A stretch of DNA of 64,000 bases from the NCBI GenBank assembly GCA_965223735.1, contig OZ245010.1, positions 916,924-980,923 of the forward strand. The letters run 5' to 3'. The stretch comes from Candidatus Oxydemutatoraceae bacterium (GTDB lineage Bacteria > Pseudomonadota > Gammaproteobacteria > Poriferisulfidales > Oxydemutatoraceae). A program made the translations under genes and the position numbers. The notes beneath the pieces were generated by a model. The model did not search any database, was not told where the DNA came from, and saw only the letters and a list, made by a program, of their open reading frames with translations. Below, one piece after another: positions 48,390 through 57,881 of this stretch. Position 1 is the stretch's first letter. Every line of letters begins with the position of its first letter.

Positions 48390-48734
48390 TTAGTAATACC
48401 AATCTGGTTTTATTGCAAAGCGCGGGGCACGTTCGCTCGTCGCCAATGCATCTGATACCTGATTATAGACTGCCCGTACACAAACCCTGATAGGCATGAC
48501 CGACCAAGGGCAAAAATAAAACGGCACGCAATCACCTACACGCAAGTTCGGATGACTGGTCAATCCCTTTTGTAACCATCGGCGTTTAATGTGGTTCAAG
48601 CCGATGGTTGTACCAGGTAAACCGCACCGGACCACCTCGGCGTCACACCACAAAAATCCACTTGCAATAATCGACGGCAGTCAGTTTATATGAACGATGT
48701 GATAGATTTTCGGTTGCCCTAGGATAGCATTCAT
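48390..48734 (-). pseudogene. DarT-like (DUF4433) ssDNA ADP-ribosyltransferase toxin remnant with in-frame TGA and apparent internal deletion
   Basis: MNAILGQPKIYHIVHIN-TGA-LPSIIASGFLWCDAEVV...GDCVPFYFCPWSVMP...DWYY*. KIYHIVHIN.LPSI and VPFYF match, as far as I recall, the conserved DarT N-terminal motifs. Only ~114 codons. Confidence 0.4.
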
Positions 48735-48803
48735 GTACTGCCAAAGGAATGAAAAGCAGAATCATGCATTATATTCTTTTCATTACCGACCAATAAGCAA
48801 CGT

Positions 48804-49433
48804 ATGACTGATCTCGAAAAAACAGCCCAAACTCCGACTCCAGTTGATAGTTCAAAGTTCAACACTCATTGCGAGTTGCCTTACGGCTTGGAAACAGATC
48901 ATATAGCTCAGGCGATGAAAGAGTTCATCGATTTTCTTGGGTTCCTTAATCAACAGCTAAGTACGAAAGGATTGCCACGGCTCGAAAGCTTTCTGATGCC
49001 CGCTAATTTTAGCGGCATTGTCGGTGAATTCATGAATCTCAGAATTCCTGAACATTGTCTCGGGTTAGTGAAAAATCAGTACCATAATGGCCACCCGGAT
49101 TTAATTCCGTCCGGTCATTTTCCCGATGATGCAGTTCAATATTCAGACGAGGGGGTAGAAATTAAAGGCTCGCGCCGTTCGAGTGGATGGCAGGGCCACA
49201 ACCCGGAGGCTGTATGGTTAATGGTGTTTCATTTTGATAGCAATACATCTAATGACGAGCATAAGAAAATTCCACCAAAACCGTTTCAATTCAAGGGCGT
49301 ATATGCTGCAAAACTTGAAAGTGACGATTGGTCATTTTCAGGACGGTCTGCAACCAGCCGACGGACAATAACCGCGAGCGTGAAACACAGCGGCGTTACA
49401 AAAATGAAGAATAACTGGGTGTATAAGTTCTAA
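48804..49433 (+). CDS. candidate Type II restriction endonuclease (PD-(D/E)xK)
   Basis: GHPDLIP...DEGVEIKGS (PD...ExK). AT-rich and convergent with the MTase below, overlapping it by 4 bp. Confidence 0.4.
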   Translation: MTDLEKTAQTPTPVDSSKFNTHCELPYGLETDHIAQAMKEFIDFLGFLNQQLSTKGLPRLESFLMPANFSGIVGEFMNLRIPEHCLGLVKNQYHNGHPDLIPSGHFPDDAVQYSDEGVEIKGSRRSSGWQGHNPEAVWLMVFHFDSNTSNDEHKKIPPKPFQFKGVYAAKLESDDWSFSGRSATSRRTITASVKHSGVTKMKNNWVYKF

Positions 49434-50368
49434 GCCAATGATAGATACTGCTGAGATTCAAATTCACTCGGTTGCGCCAGCCTTGGTATAGCGCTCTCTG
49501 CGAGCTCATAATAATCACGATACCTCTCAATACCGATACACGAGTAACCAATAGATTCAGCGGCGGCCACGGTTGAACCTGAGCCCATGAACGGATCTAT
49601 AACCACGCCCTCACCCAGCGGGAGCGACGCATAAACGATCTGCCTGAGAAATGACTGGGGTTTAAGGCTCGGGTGGTCTGCTATCCCACGTTCTTCCTGA
49701 GGTGTACGCTCGCTGTATATAACGTCCTCAAACGGATTGCCGTCAGGTTTTCGGCGAAGACCGCCTGTCTGAAAAGTTGCAAGGCAGTCGCTGACCTTCA
49801 TGTTTTTGGGCAACGGCTTTCTGAAGATGCCCCATGGTTCATAGCATCCGCGTGGCATTGAACAAACACCAGAATATTGTTCTTCGGCGTTCTTTGGGCG
49901 GTCGCCACCCCTCAATGTTCGCACGACTCGTATTACGTTCCCGCGATATTCAAGCCCTGAATCCGAAATTGCTGAAAAAATCAATTGAGACAAGAATGAA
50001 TTTGAGGCGACGAATACATGCCCCCCTGGACGAACTGCACGAAATGCGGCCCGTGCCCATTCAAAGAAGAATCTCTTCAGCGAAGCACGTTCTTTTTCAT
50101 TCAGCGCCGTAAACCGTGGCAAAGGAGACCGGGCGCTTCCATCAAATGACGGGGGGAGACGCCAAATTCCGCCATGTCCATTGGCGCGTTTCTCCAGTTG
50201 GTCAAAATCATATTCTTTAACCCCGTATGGGGGATCTGTCACAATGCCATGGACGCTATTTTCGGCGATCCTGCCAAACCACTCCAGACAGTCGGCATGC
50301 ACAATCAAAGAGTTACCAACCATTCTGGATGGATAATCCAAAGAGAAGGAATTTAACTGGCTGCCCAT
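49430..50368 (-). CDS. beta-class amino DNA methyltransferase (N4-C/N6-A)
   Basis: IVTDPPYG (motif IV) and DPFMGSGSTVAAA (motif I). Start set at the internal Met because the listed ORF (to 50503) reads into the IS481-like remnant. Confidence 0.7.
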   Translation of the reverse strand: MGSQLNSFSLDYPSRMVGNSLIVHADCLEWFGRIAENSVHGIVTDPPYGVKEYDFDQLEKRANGHGGIWRLPPSFDGSARSPLPRFTALNEKERASLKRFFFEWARAAFRAVRPGGHVFVASNSFLSQLIFSAISDSGLEYRGNVIRVVRTLRGGDRPKNAEEQYSGVCSMPRGCYEPWGIFRKPLPKNMKVSDCLATFQTGGLRRKPDGNPFEDVIYSERTPQEERGIADHPSLKPQSFLRQIVYASLPLGEGVVIDPFMGSGSTVAAAESIGYSCIGIERYRDYYELAESAIPRLAQPSEFESQQYLSLA

Positions 50369-50454
50369 TCTGGATTCTTGGTTTCGGTTGAAATACCAAT
50401 GGTGATTAAAAGTAGCGCATTCTAGGAGATAAAGCAACCTGTCATTTCCGACCC

Positions 50455-50520
50455 ACCACATTACTGAAACGAACGAGGCAGATGTCTTGCAAGCATCCGG
50501 CAAGGTCTCAGCTTGTCGAA
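50455..50520 (-). mobile_element. IS481-family 3'-end remnant (copy 4, more diverged) upstream of the MTase
   Basis: gaggcagatgtcttgcaagcatccggc resembles gaggcagatgtttggcaagcatttggc at 40365. Confidence 0.35.
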
Positions 50521-50702
50521 TCCCCGACGCAGTCGCCGACTGTTAAAGCGGTACATCCAATCCATGCGAGTGACCGGCAGATGCTCGTTGAACCCCCACA
50601 GGTCATCAATCCACACCATCAAATAGTGTATAATCGCGCCGCCGGACGCGGATAACTCAACCAGCTCTCAATCAATTCCTGCATCCAGACCACGCAGACG
50701 CC

Positions 50703-51173
50703 ATGGAAGACAAACAGTTTGTTAATCAATTTTTGACCGTGCTCGGAATTCTGGTCGGCATCACCATCCTGATCCTGATCATTGCGAGGGTGCTTTCCGG
50801 CACGCACAACGAGCCCGACCAGGCGATGCAGGAAGCCATCGCCGCGCGCATCGAGCCCATCGGTAAAGTCAACGTCGGCACGGTGCCCGTCCCCCCGGCG
50901 GTGCAACAGGCCGAAGTGCAGACTACTGACGCATCAATGAGCCCGGCTGATGTTTATCAGACCGCGTGTGTGGTCTGTCACGCGACGGGTGTCGCCAACG
51001 CACCCGTGTACGGCGACAAACCCGCGTGGGCGACGCGCCTCGGCGACCTCCAAACCCTCTATGCGAATGCACTGAACGGCAAGGGTGCGATGCCCGCAAA
51101 AGGCGGGCGCCCGGACTTGTCAGACGAGACGATCAAGGCGGTCGTTGACTATATGCTCGAAGCGGTGCGTTAA
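50703..51173 (+). CDS. membrane-anchored cytochrome c5-type protein
   Basis: N-terminal TM helix and CVVCHATG heme-binding site. Confidence 0.7.
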   Translation: MEDKQFVNQFLTVLGILVGITILILIIARVLSGTHNEPDQAMQEAIAARIEPIGKVNVGTVPVPPAVQQAEVQTTDASMSPADVYQTACVVCHATGVANAPVYGDKPAWATRLGDLQTLYANALNGKGAMPAKGGRPDLSDETIKAVVDYMLEAVR

Positions 51174-51199
51174 CCTCCTGTTTTTGACCCGCATAAAAC

Positions 51200-52708
51200 T
51201 TAAATCCGAAAAAGTTTATCCATCGAACGATAAGCGATCGCCTCAAGGAGATGCGCGCGGGCAATACGTTCCTCGCCCGCAAGATCAGCAATGGTGCGCG
51301 CTATTTTCAACACCCGGTTCATCGCGCGCGCCGACAAGCCCAACCTTTCAACCGCCTGATGCAGCAGCCGCGTGTCCTGCCGGGGCAACACGCACAGACG
51401 CTTGACGTCGGGGTTGCGCATCCGCGCATTGCAAACTCCCTGACGCGCCAACTGACGCTGGCGCGCCGCGACCACGCGCGCGCGCACGGCCGCACTCGCC
51501 TCACCCGCGCGGGCGGCGCCGGCGTTGCCCCATTTCACGCGCGGCACGCACACCTGAATGTCGATACGATCCAGCAACGGCGCCGACAGGCGGGCGTAAT
51601 AACGCCTGAGTTGCGACTCCGGCCCCGGACAGCGTCCGCGTTCATCCACGTCGCCGCCGTTCGGACAGGGATTCATCGCCGCGATCAACTGAAAACAGGC
51701 GGGATACTCGACGCTGGCCGCCGCGCGCGACAGGTGAACGCGGCCGGTCTCCATCGGCTCGCGCAAGATCTCGAGCGCATGACGGCCAAACTCAGGAAGC
51801 TCATCGAGAAACAGAACGCCGTTATGCGCCTTGGTGATCTCACCGGGGCGGGGGTCGGAACCGCCGCCGGCCAGCGCAGCTGCCGAAGCCGAATGATGCG
51901 GGGCACGAAACGGACGACGGTAAAGTCTCCTGGTCTCGATGTGCTCGGCACACAGAGAACGGATTGCCATCGTCTGCAAAGCCTCCTCTTCATTCATCGC
52001 GGGCAGAATACCCGGCAGGCGGCTTGCGAGCATCGTCTTGCCGCTGCCCGGAGACCCCAGAAGCAGGCAGTGATGCCCGCCCGCCGCCGCGACTTCAATT
52101 GCACGGACCGCATGGTGCTGACCATAAACGTCGGAAAGATCCTCATCTATCGAGTCATCAAGGGGAACCTCGGCAGCCTTCACCGCCTGCAAGCCTTCCC
52201 CGCGTGACAGATGACCGCACACGTCGAGCAGACCGTGCCCGCAATAGACCTTGCCGCGGCGCACCAACGAGGCTTCGGGCGCGTTGTCCTGTGCGATGAT
52301 CAGGGCACGCCCACACCTTGCCGCCGCCAGCATCGCGGGCAGGATGCCGCGCACCCGGCGCAACTTGCCGTCGAGCCCCAGTTCAGCCAGAAACTCATAC
52401 TCGTCAAGCGCGTCGGTCGGCACCTGACTGTTTGCCGCCAGAATACCGAGGGCGATCGGCAGATCAAAACGTCCGCCCTCCTTCGGCAGATCGGCGGGCG
52501 CAAGGTTGACGGTGATCCGCTGCATCGGAAACTCAAACCGGCTTTGCAGGATTGCGGCGCGCACCCGGTACTTGCTCTCCTTCACTTCCTTTTCAGGCAG
52601 GCCGACGATGTGCAGATTGGGCAGGCCGGAGGAGATATGCACCTCGACGCTGACCGCGATGGCCTCGAGTCCGCGCATGGCGCGGCTATGAACGACGGCT
52701 AAAGACAT
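51200..52708 (-). CDS. YifB/ComM-family Mg-chelatase-like AAA+ ATPase
   Basis: MSLAVVHSRAMRGLEAIAVSVEVHIS N-terminus, Walker motifs and a C-terminal ChlI-like domain. Confidence 0.85.
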   Translation of the reverse strand: MSLAVVHSRAMRGLEAIAVSVEVHISSGLPNLHIVGLPEKEVKESKYRVRAAILQSRFEFPMQRITVNLAPADLPKEGGRFDLPIALGILAANSQVPTDALDEYEFLAELGLDGKLRRVRGILPAMLAAARCGRALIIAQDNAPEASLVRRGKVYCGHGLLDVCGHLSRGEGLQAVKAAEVPLDDSIDEDLSDVYGQHHAVRAIEVAAAGGHHCLLLGSPGSGKTMLASRLPGILPAMNEEEALQTMAIRSLCAEHIETRRLYRRPFRAPHHSASAAALAGGGSDPRPGEITKAHNGVLFLDELPEFGRHALEILREPMETGRVHLSRAAASVEYPACFQLIAAMNPCPNGGDVDERGRCPGPESQLRRYYARLSAPLLDRIDIQVCVPRVKWGNAGAARAGEASAAVRARVVAARQRQLARQGVCNARMRNPDVKRLCVLPRQDTRLLHQAVERLGLSARAMNRVLKIARTIADLAGEERIARAHLLEAIAYRSMDKLFRI

Positions 52709-52995
52709 CGCGACACTCCACAGCGCAGATGATGGCGCGGGGAAGATCACCGCCGGGCGCCACCGCGACGAACGGCGGTTGCCATCCGATGAACGGCGGA
52801 GAGTTCAGCCGGATGCACGACACCGGCCCGACGCTGACCGGGGCGCAAGATGAAAGCACAAGTGGTGAACGGCCTCGCTTTGCTCAGTTCAACGCCGACC
52901 CGGGCCGCAAGATGAAAGAACGATTCAACCCGTCGTGTTCCGCGACAACCACCGGCTTGCCGCGGTTCAGCCTGTGCGCAAGATGAAAAAACGTT

Positions 52996-53247
52996 TCAGT
53001 CCGGTGTGTTCCGGTCCTGATCGAGCAGCCGCTCCAACTCGGCGACGCGCTTGCGCAGCCGCTCGAGCAGCGCCACCTGAATGTCATATTCTTCGCGGCT
53101 CACGAGATTCATCTTGTGTAGCAGAGGCTCGATCCCCGCACGCAAATGGTCGGCGAGTTCCTCGCGCAGACTGGAGAACGCGGGCGGCAGTTGTCGCACC
53201 AACTGCCGGATGAATTCCTCGATCTTTTCCCGCTCGCCTCTTTTCAT
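52996..53247 (-). CDS. ubiK: ubiquinone biosynthesis accessory factor UbiK (BMFP/YqiC family)
   Basis: 83-aa coiled-coil protein, ..NLVSREEYDIQVALLERLRKRVAELE.. Confidence 0.65.
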   Translation of the reverse strand: MKRGEREKIEEFIRQLVRQLPPAFSSLREELADHLRAGIEPLLHKMNLVSREEYDIQVALLERLRKRVAELERLLDQDRNTPD

Positions 53248-53265
53248 CGGAACCCGCTCCGCTTT

Positions 53266-54348
53266 TCAGGCGTCCGCCGCACTGCTCAGAGCACCGGTGT
53301 TCTCGCGGCGATCGGCAAAGGCGATCATCCTCTCGGTCGCACGCAGGGCGCACAAACGCACCTCCTCCGGCACTTGTACCTCATTGTCCAGACGATCGAG
53401 CACCGCCTCGAGATTGTGCAGGCCGTTCATCGCCATCCACGGGCAATGCGCGCAACTGCGGCAGGTCGCCCCTTCGCCCTGGGTCGGTGCCTCAATGAAC
53501 TCCTTGTCCGGCGCGATCTGTTTCATCTTGTAGAAGATCCGGTTGTCGGTCGCCACAATAAACCGCCGGTTCGGCAACCGTCTGACTGCCTGTATCAAGG
53601 TGCTGGTCGAACCGACCGCGTCGGCGATGTCGATCACGGCGGCGGGCGATTCGGGATGCACCAGCACCGCCGCATCGGGATAACGCGCCTTGAGGTCAAG
53701 CACACCGCGATATTTGAATTCCTCATGCACCACACAACTGCCCGGCCAGATCGTCATGTCGGCGCCGGTGACTTTTTGCAGATAATTGCCGAGGTAGCGG
53801 TCAGGCGCCCACAAGATCCTGCGCCCCTGATCCATCAGGTGACAGATCACTTCAACCGCAATGCTCGATGTCACCACCCAGTCCGAGCGCGCTTTGACCT
53901 CGGCGCTGGTATTGGCATACACGACGACGACGTGATCGGGGTGGGCGTCGCAAAATTTTGCAAACTCGTCGGCGGGGCAGCTGAGATCCAAAGAGCAAGT
54001 CGCCGCGAGCGTCGGCATCAGAACCCGCTTTTCCGGACTCAGTATCTTCGCGGTCTCTCCCATGAAACGCACGCCCGCAACGACCAGCGTGGAAGCATCA
54101 ACCCGATGACCGAAACGCGCCATCTCCAAGGAATCGGACACCATGCCGCCGGTCTCCTCGGCCAGACGCTGAATGTTCTCGTCGGTGTAGTAATGAGCGA
54201 CCAGCGCCGCATCGAGCGCCTTCAACTTGCGCCCGATACGCTCCATCCTCTCCCGTCGCTCGTCGTCGCCATACACGGGCGTCAACGCGCAAATGTCGGC
54301 GGTGACGGGCGCCCGTATTTCGGGAATATGAACCGTTTGTGCAGTCAT
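53266..54348 (-). CDS. nadA: quinolinate synthase A
   Basis: 360 aa with an iron-sulfur cysteine motif (..[16 protein letters not shown]..). Confidence 0.9.
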   Translation of the reverse strand: MTAQTVHIPEIRAPVTADICALTPVYGDDERRERMERIGRKLKALDAALVAHYYTDENIQRLAEETGGMVSDSLEMARFGHRVDASTLVVAGVRFMGETAKILSPEKRVLMPTLAATCSLDLSCPADEFAKFCDAHPDHVVVVYANTSAEVKARSDWVVTSSIAVEVICHLMDQGRRILWAPDRYLGNYLQKVTGADMTIWPGSCVVHEEFKYRGVLDLKARYPDAAVLVHPESPAAVIDIADAVGSTSTLIQAVRRLPNRRFIVATDNRIFYKMKQIAPDKEFIEAPTQGEGATCRSCAHCPWMAMNGLHNLEAVLDRLDNEVQVPEEVRLCALRATERMIAFADRRENTGALSSAADA

Positions 54349-54407
54349 CCCGTCATTATAAACCGGGTATGGATAAGCGGCGGACGCCCAATAGATGGCC
54401 GACCGGT

Positions 54408-54490
54408 CTGCCGCGCGTCATCGGTCAAAAACGCGAATGCCGGCCGACGAGTCAACTTCTCCGATCACGCAGGCCTGACCGCAACCGTCG
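54408..54490 (-). repeat. 83-bp duplicate of the selD 3' terminus (copy of 56815..56897)
   Basis: catcggtcaaaaacgcga[a/t]gccggccgacgagtcaacttctccgatcacgcaggcctg[g/a]ccgcaaccgtcgtgcctgaa. 81 of 83 positions match the real selD end. Confidence 0.8.
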
Positions 54491-54835
54491 TGCCTGAAAA
54501 TAGACGCCTTCAACGAATACTTGACCAAATGCCCGCAAAACACCCGCCCCGTTTGTCTCATAAATATGGTGATCGCAAACAAAAACTTGCCTGGATCAGA
54601 AGGGGCGTTTATTCTCTAAAATACAATTAAAGAAAATCGCCATCTCTAAAAATCCAAGCAATCTATGACGGAAATGAAAAAAATGAAAAAGTCCAACCAA
54701 CCACTCGCAGAGGTTTTTGGACATTGGCCGACAGATTTCAGCTCGAAAGCGGTACGTTTCCGGAAAAATTAACTCTGCCCATTTAACAACAAAGTCCCAA
54801 GTTGCACAAAAGACAAAGTTAACAACCCACTTGGT

Positions 54836-55567
54836 GTGTGCAGCGTACTGCATGGAAAGAGCCCTGTAATCACCTGCCCTGTAAGATTCCGTGAAAACTG
54901 GATTATTGCAGATGATGCAGCAAATTTCTTCTTTGGTTCTGACACAACATGGACATCGCTCACAGAGGCAAGGTTAACTGATTACTACGGAAACTCTGCT
55001 GGGAATGTTGATGTAGTCCTGGTGGCTTATGACGATGCAGGAAAAATTTATGATCTCGGGGCACTTGAAATTCAAGCGGTTCATATCTCAGGAAATGTAA
55101 GAAAACCATTTGCTTTCTATATGAGTGATTGCCGCAAGAACGCGACAATGAATTGGTTTGATCAGCCAAACTATCCAAGACCGGACTTTCTATCCTCACC
55201 GAGAAAGAGGCTTGCTCCGCAACTCATGTTCAAGGGCGGTATTTTGCACGCCTGGAATAAGAAAATAGCTGTGGCTTTGGACTCGTCTTTTTTCAAAACT
55301 CTCCCAAACTTAGATGAGACCGATCAGACTGAAGCAGATATCGCATGGCTGATTTATGATCTTATCTCTTCGAGTAACAACTTAAGTTATGAGCTTCAGA
55401 GAACCAGAGTGATATACACTAAGTTTACTAAAGCCCTGAACACCATAACAAAACCGAAGATTGGAAAGATAGAGAGCTTCATGAAGTTACTTCAATCAAA
55501 GGCAGATAAAAAGTTAGAGAGTCTTCCTGCCGACAATACCATTGAGACCTCCTTTGGAGGAGGGTAA
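54836..55567 (+). CDS. hypothetical protein, candidate Type II restriction endonuclease partner of the Dam-like MTase
   Basis: AT-rich 243-aa ORF immediately upstream of, and overlapping, the MTase. Weak D..D..E.Q pattern only. Confidence 0.3.
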   Translation: MCSVLHGKSPVITCPVRFRENWIIADDAANFFFGSDTTWTSLTEARLTDYYGNSAGNVDVVLVAYDDAGKIYDLGALEIQAVHISGNVRKPFAFYMSDCRKNATMNWFDQPNYPRPDFLSSPRKRLAPQLMFKGGILHAWNKKIAVALDSSFFKTLPNLDETDQTEADIAWLIYDLISSSNNLSYELQRTRVIYTKFTKALNTITKPKIGKIESFMKLLQSKADKKLESLPADNTIETSFGGG

Positions 55568-56534
55568 TATGCAGAGACCACTTTTCAGTGATGAACCTGA
55601 ACCTTTGAGAGTGGTGAATGTAGCCTCTGTTCCACAGCGTAGCCCATTTCGCTATCCGGGAGGCAAAACATGGTTTATCCCAAGGCTGCGTGAATGGCTC
55701 CTCAGCCAACCTTCAAAACCAAAAGTATTGATTGAACCATTTGTCGGCGGTGGGATTGTGTCGCTGACAGCGGTGTTTGAAAATCTGTCAGATAAAGTTC
55801 TTATGGTTGATCTGGACGAAGAAATTGCGGCAGTCTGGCAAACCATAGTTGATGGTGAGGCAGAATGGCTTGCAAGAAAAATTCTTTCTTTTGAAATGAC
55901 GAAAGACAACGTCATCGCCGAGCTCCAAAAAAAAAGGAGAACTCAGAGAGAAAAGGCATTTCAAACGATAATAAAAAACAGAACATTCCATGGCGGCATC
56001 CTGGCATCAGGCTCAGGCTTTGTAAAAAACGGGGAAAATGGGAAAGGTATTCTTTCGAGATGGTATCCGGGCACACTTGCAAAGAGACTGAGAAATATCA
56101 ATCAAGTGGTCGGGAAGATTCAATTCAAGCAGGGTGATGCTTTCGAGACCATTGATCAATACAAGAATATTCCTGAAACGGTGTTTTTCATCGACCCGCC
56201 ATATACAGCCGGTGGCAAAAAAGCGGGTAGCCGTTTATACACACACTTTGAATTGGATCATAAAGCCTTATTTGGATTATGCACTTCAATCAAGGGGGAT
56301 TTGATAATGACCTGCGATAATACAACCGAGGTTAAGGAGCTGTCCATACAACATGGATTTCAAGCTAAACCCATCTCAATGAAAAACACCCACCATGCTG
56401 CAATGACCGAGCTGGTCGTTGGAAAGAACCTGGATTGGATGCGAGGAATTGATAGGGTGCTTGAAGAACAAGCTCTGTACCAAACCGGAAAAGGAAAGAA
56501 CCCACCACAGCAAAATGATCAAGCTCCCGGGTGA
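55542..56534 (+). CDS. alpha-class (Dam-like) N6-adenine DNA methyltransferase
   Basis: N-terminal motif I EPFVGGG and C-terminal motif IV FIDPPYT. AT-rich. Confidence 0.75.
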   Translation: MRPPLEEGNMQRPLFSDEPEPLRVVNVASVPQRSPFRYPGGKTWFIPRLREWLLSQPSKPKVLIEPFVGGGIVSLTAVFENLSDKVLMVDLDEEIAAVWQTIVDGEAEWLARKILSFEMTKDNVIAELQKKRRTQREKAFQTIIKNRTFHGGILASGSGFVKNGENGKGILSRWYPGTLAKRLRNINQVVGKIQFKQGDAFETIDQYKNIPETVFFIDPPYTAGGKKAGSRLYTHFELDHKALFGLCTSIKGDLIMTCDNTTEVKELSIQHGFQAKPISMKNTHHAAMTELVVGKNLDWMRGIDRVLEEQALYQTGKGKNPPQQNDQAPG

Positions 56535-56817
56535 GACTATTCCAGGCCTTTGACCAAGCGCTCGTCAGAGTGATCGCCTGTATCAAAGACCCGGAGGTTG
56601 TAGATCGGGTGTCGGAGCATCTCGAACAGCGAGCCGGATCACTGTTAACGCGACCTGTTCCGACCCGGCCCTGCCACGGGTCACCAGACCGGATGGATTC
56701 TTAACGTCAGCATTAACACAATACCCCATCCGCGTGATCAGGCGCGCAGGCGACGAGCAGACCGTCATTGATCTACGGATCACAAAGCAGATTGATCGTC
56801 TCTTCTCCGTCGGCTCG

Positions 56818-57858
56818 TCATCGGTCAAAAACGCGAACGCCGGCCGACGAGTCAACTTCTCCGATCACGCAGGCCTGGCCGCAACCGTCGTGCCTGAACA
56901 AGTCCAATACCCGGTCCGCATGATCAGGCGCACAGGCGACGAGCAGACCGCCGTTGGTCTGCGGATCGCAAAGCAGATTGATCGTTCCTTCCCCGACCGG
57001 GCCCTGAAAATCCACGCGCCGTATATAACTGTCGCGGTTGCGTCGCGCGGCGCCGACGATGCCCCCTCCGAGCAACACCCGCGCCGCCCCGATGACCGGC
57101 ACCTGCCGCCGGTACAGCACTGCGCCGACACCTTCGCACATCCCGAGCAAATGCCCGAGCAGACCGTAACCCGTCACGTCGGTCATCGCGTGAACACCGT
57201 CGCAGGCACCGAGTTTTTCGCCGGTCGAGTTCAACAGAGTCGCCCAATGCAACATCTCGCGGTAGGCCTCTTGCGGGACGGCGCCGCGTCTGACCGCGGC
57301 GGCAACGACACCGATACCGAGCGGCTTGCTGAGAACAAGCACATCACCTTTCCGCGCGCCGACGTTCCTCTTGATCCGCCGGGGATGTATGTCGCCGATG
57401 ACGGCGAGACCGTAAATCGGCTCGACCGAATCAATTGAATGTCCACCGGCAATGACGATGCACGCCTGCCCGCACGCACGCCGTCCGCCCTTCAGAACGC
57501 CGGCGATGGCGGCGGGCGGCACCTTGTCCACCGGCATTCCGATGATATTCAGCGCAAACAAAGGCCTCGCCCCCATCGCATAAACGTCGGAGACGGCATT
57601 CGCGGCGGCGATGCGACCAAAGTCTTCCGGAGAGTCAACGATGGGCGTAAAGAAATCCGTCGTCGCGACCAGCGCACGTTCGTCACTCAGCGCAAATACC
57701 GCGGCGTCGTCTCTGGTGTCGTTGCCGACCAGCAGGTGCTCAACCGCGGCGTCGGCAGTCACGCTTTCGAGTAGATCGGCAAGCAGTGAGGGCGCCATTT
57801 TGCAACCGCAGCCGCCGCCGTGAGACAATGCCGTCAATTTGACGGATCCGTTTGACAT
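56818..57858 (-). CDS. selD: selenide, water dikinase (selenophosphate synthetase), Cys type
   Basis: SHGGGCGCK active-site motif and AIR-synthase-like fold. Start at MSNGSVK. Confidence 0.85.
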   Translation of the reverse strand: MSNGSVKLTALSHGGGCGCKMAPSLLADLLESVTADAAVEHLLVGNDTRDDAAVFALSDERALVATTDFFTPIVDSPEDFGRIAAANAVSDVYAMGARPLFALNIIGMPVDKVPPAAIAGVLKGGRRACGQACIVIAGGHSIDSVEPIYGLAVIGDIHPRRIKRNVGARKGDVLVLSKPLGIGVVAAAVRRGAVPQEAYREMLHWATLLNSTGEKLGACDGVHAMTDVTGYGLLGHLLGMCEGVGAVLYRRQVPVIGAARVLLGGGIVGAARRNRDSYIRRVDFQGPVGEGTINLLCDPQTNGGLLVACAPDHADRVLDLFRHDGCGQACVIGEVDSSAGVRVFDR

Positions 57859-57881
57859 ACTGAACAAAAGCGCCCGAAAGG

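Noticed and set aside
48681-48683. In-frame TGA in the DarT-like ORF as a selenocysteine codon
   Set aside because: No SECIS-like hairpin immediately downstream, no selA/selB in the window, and the ORF is also truncated. A nonsense mutation in a decaying toxin gene is more economical.
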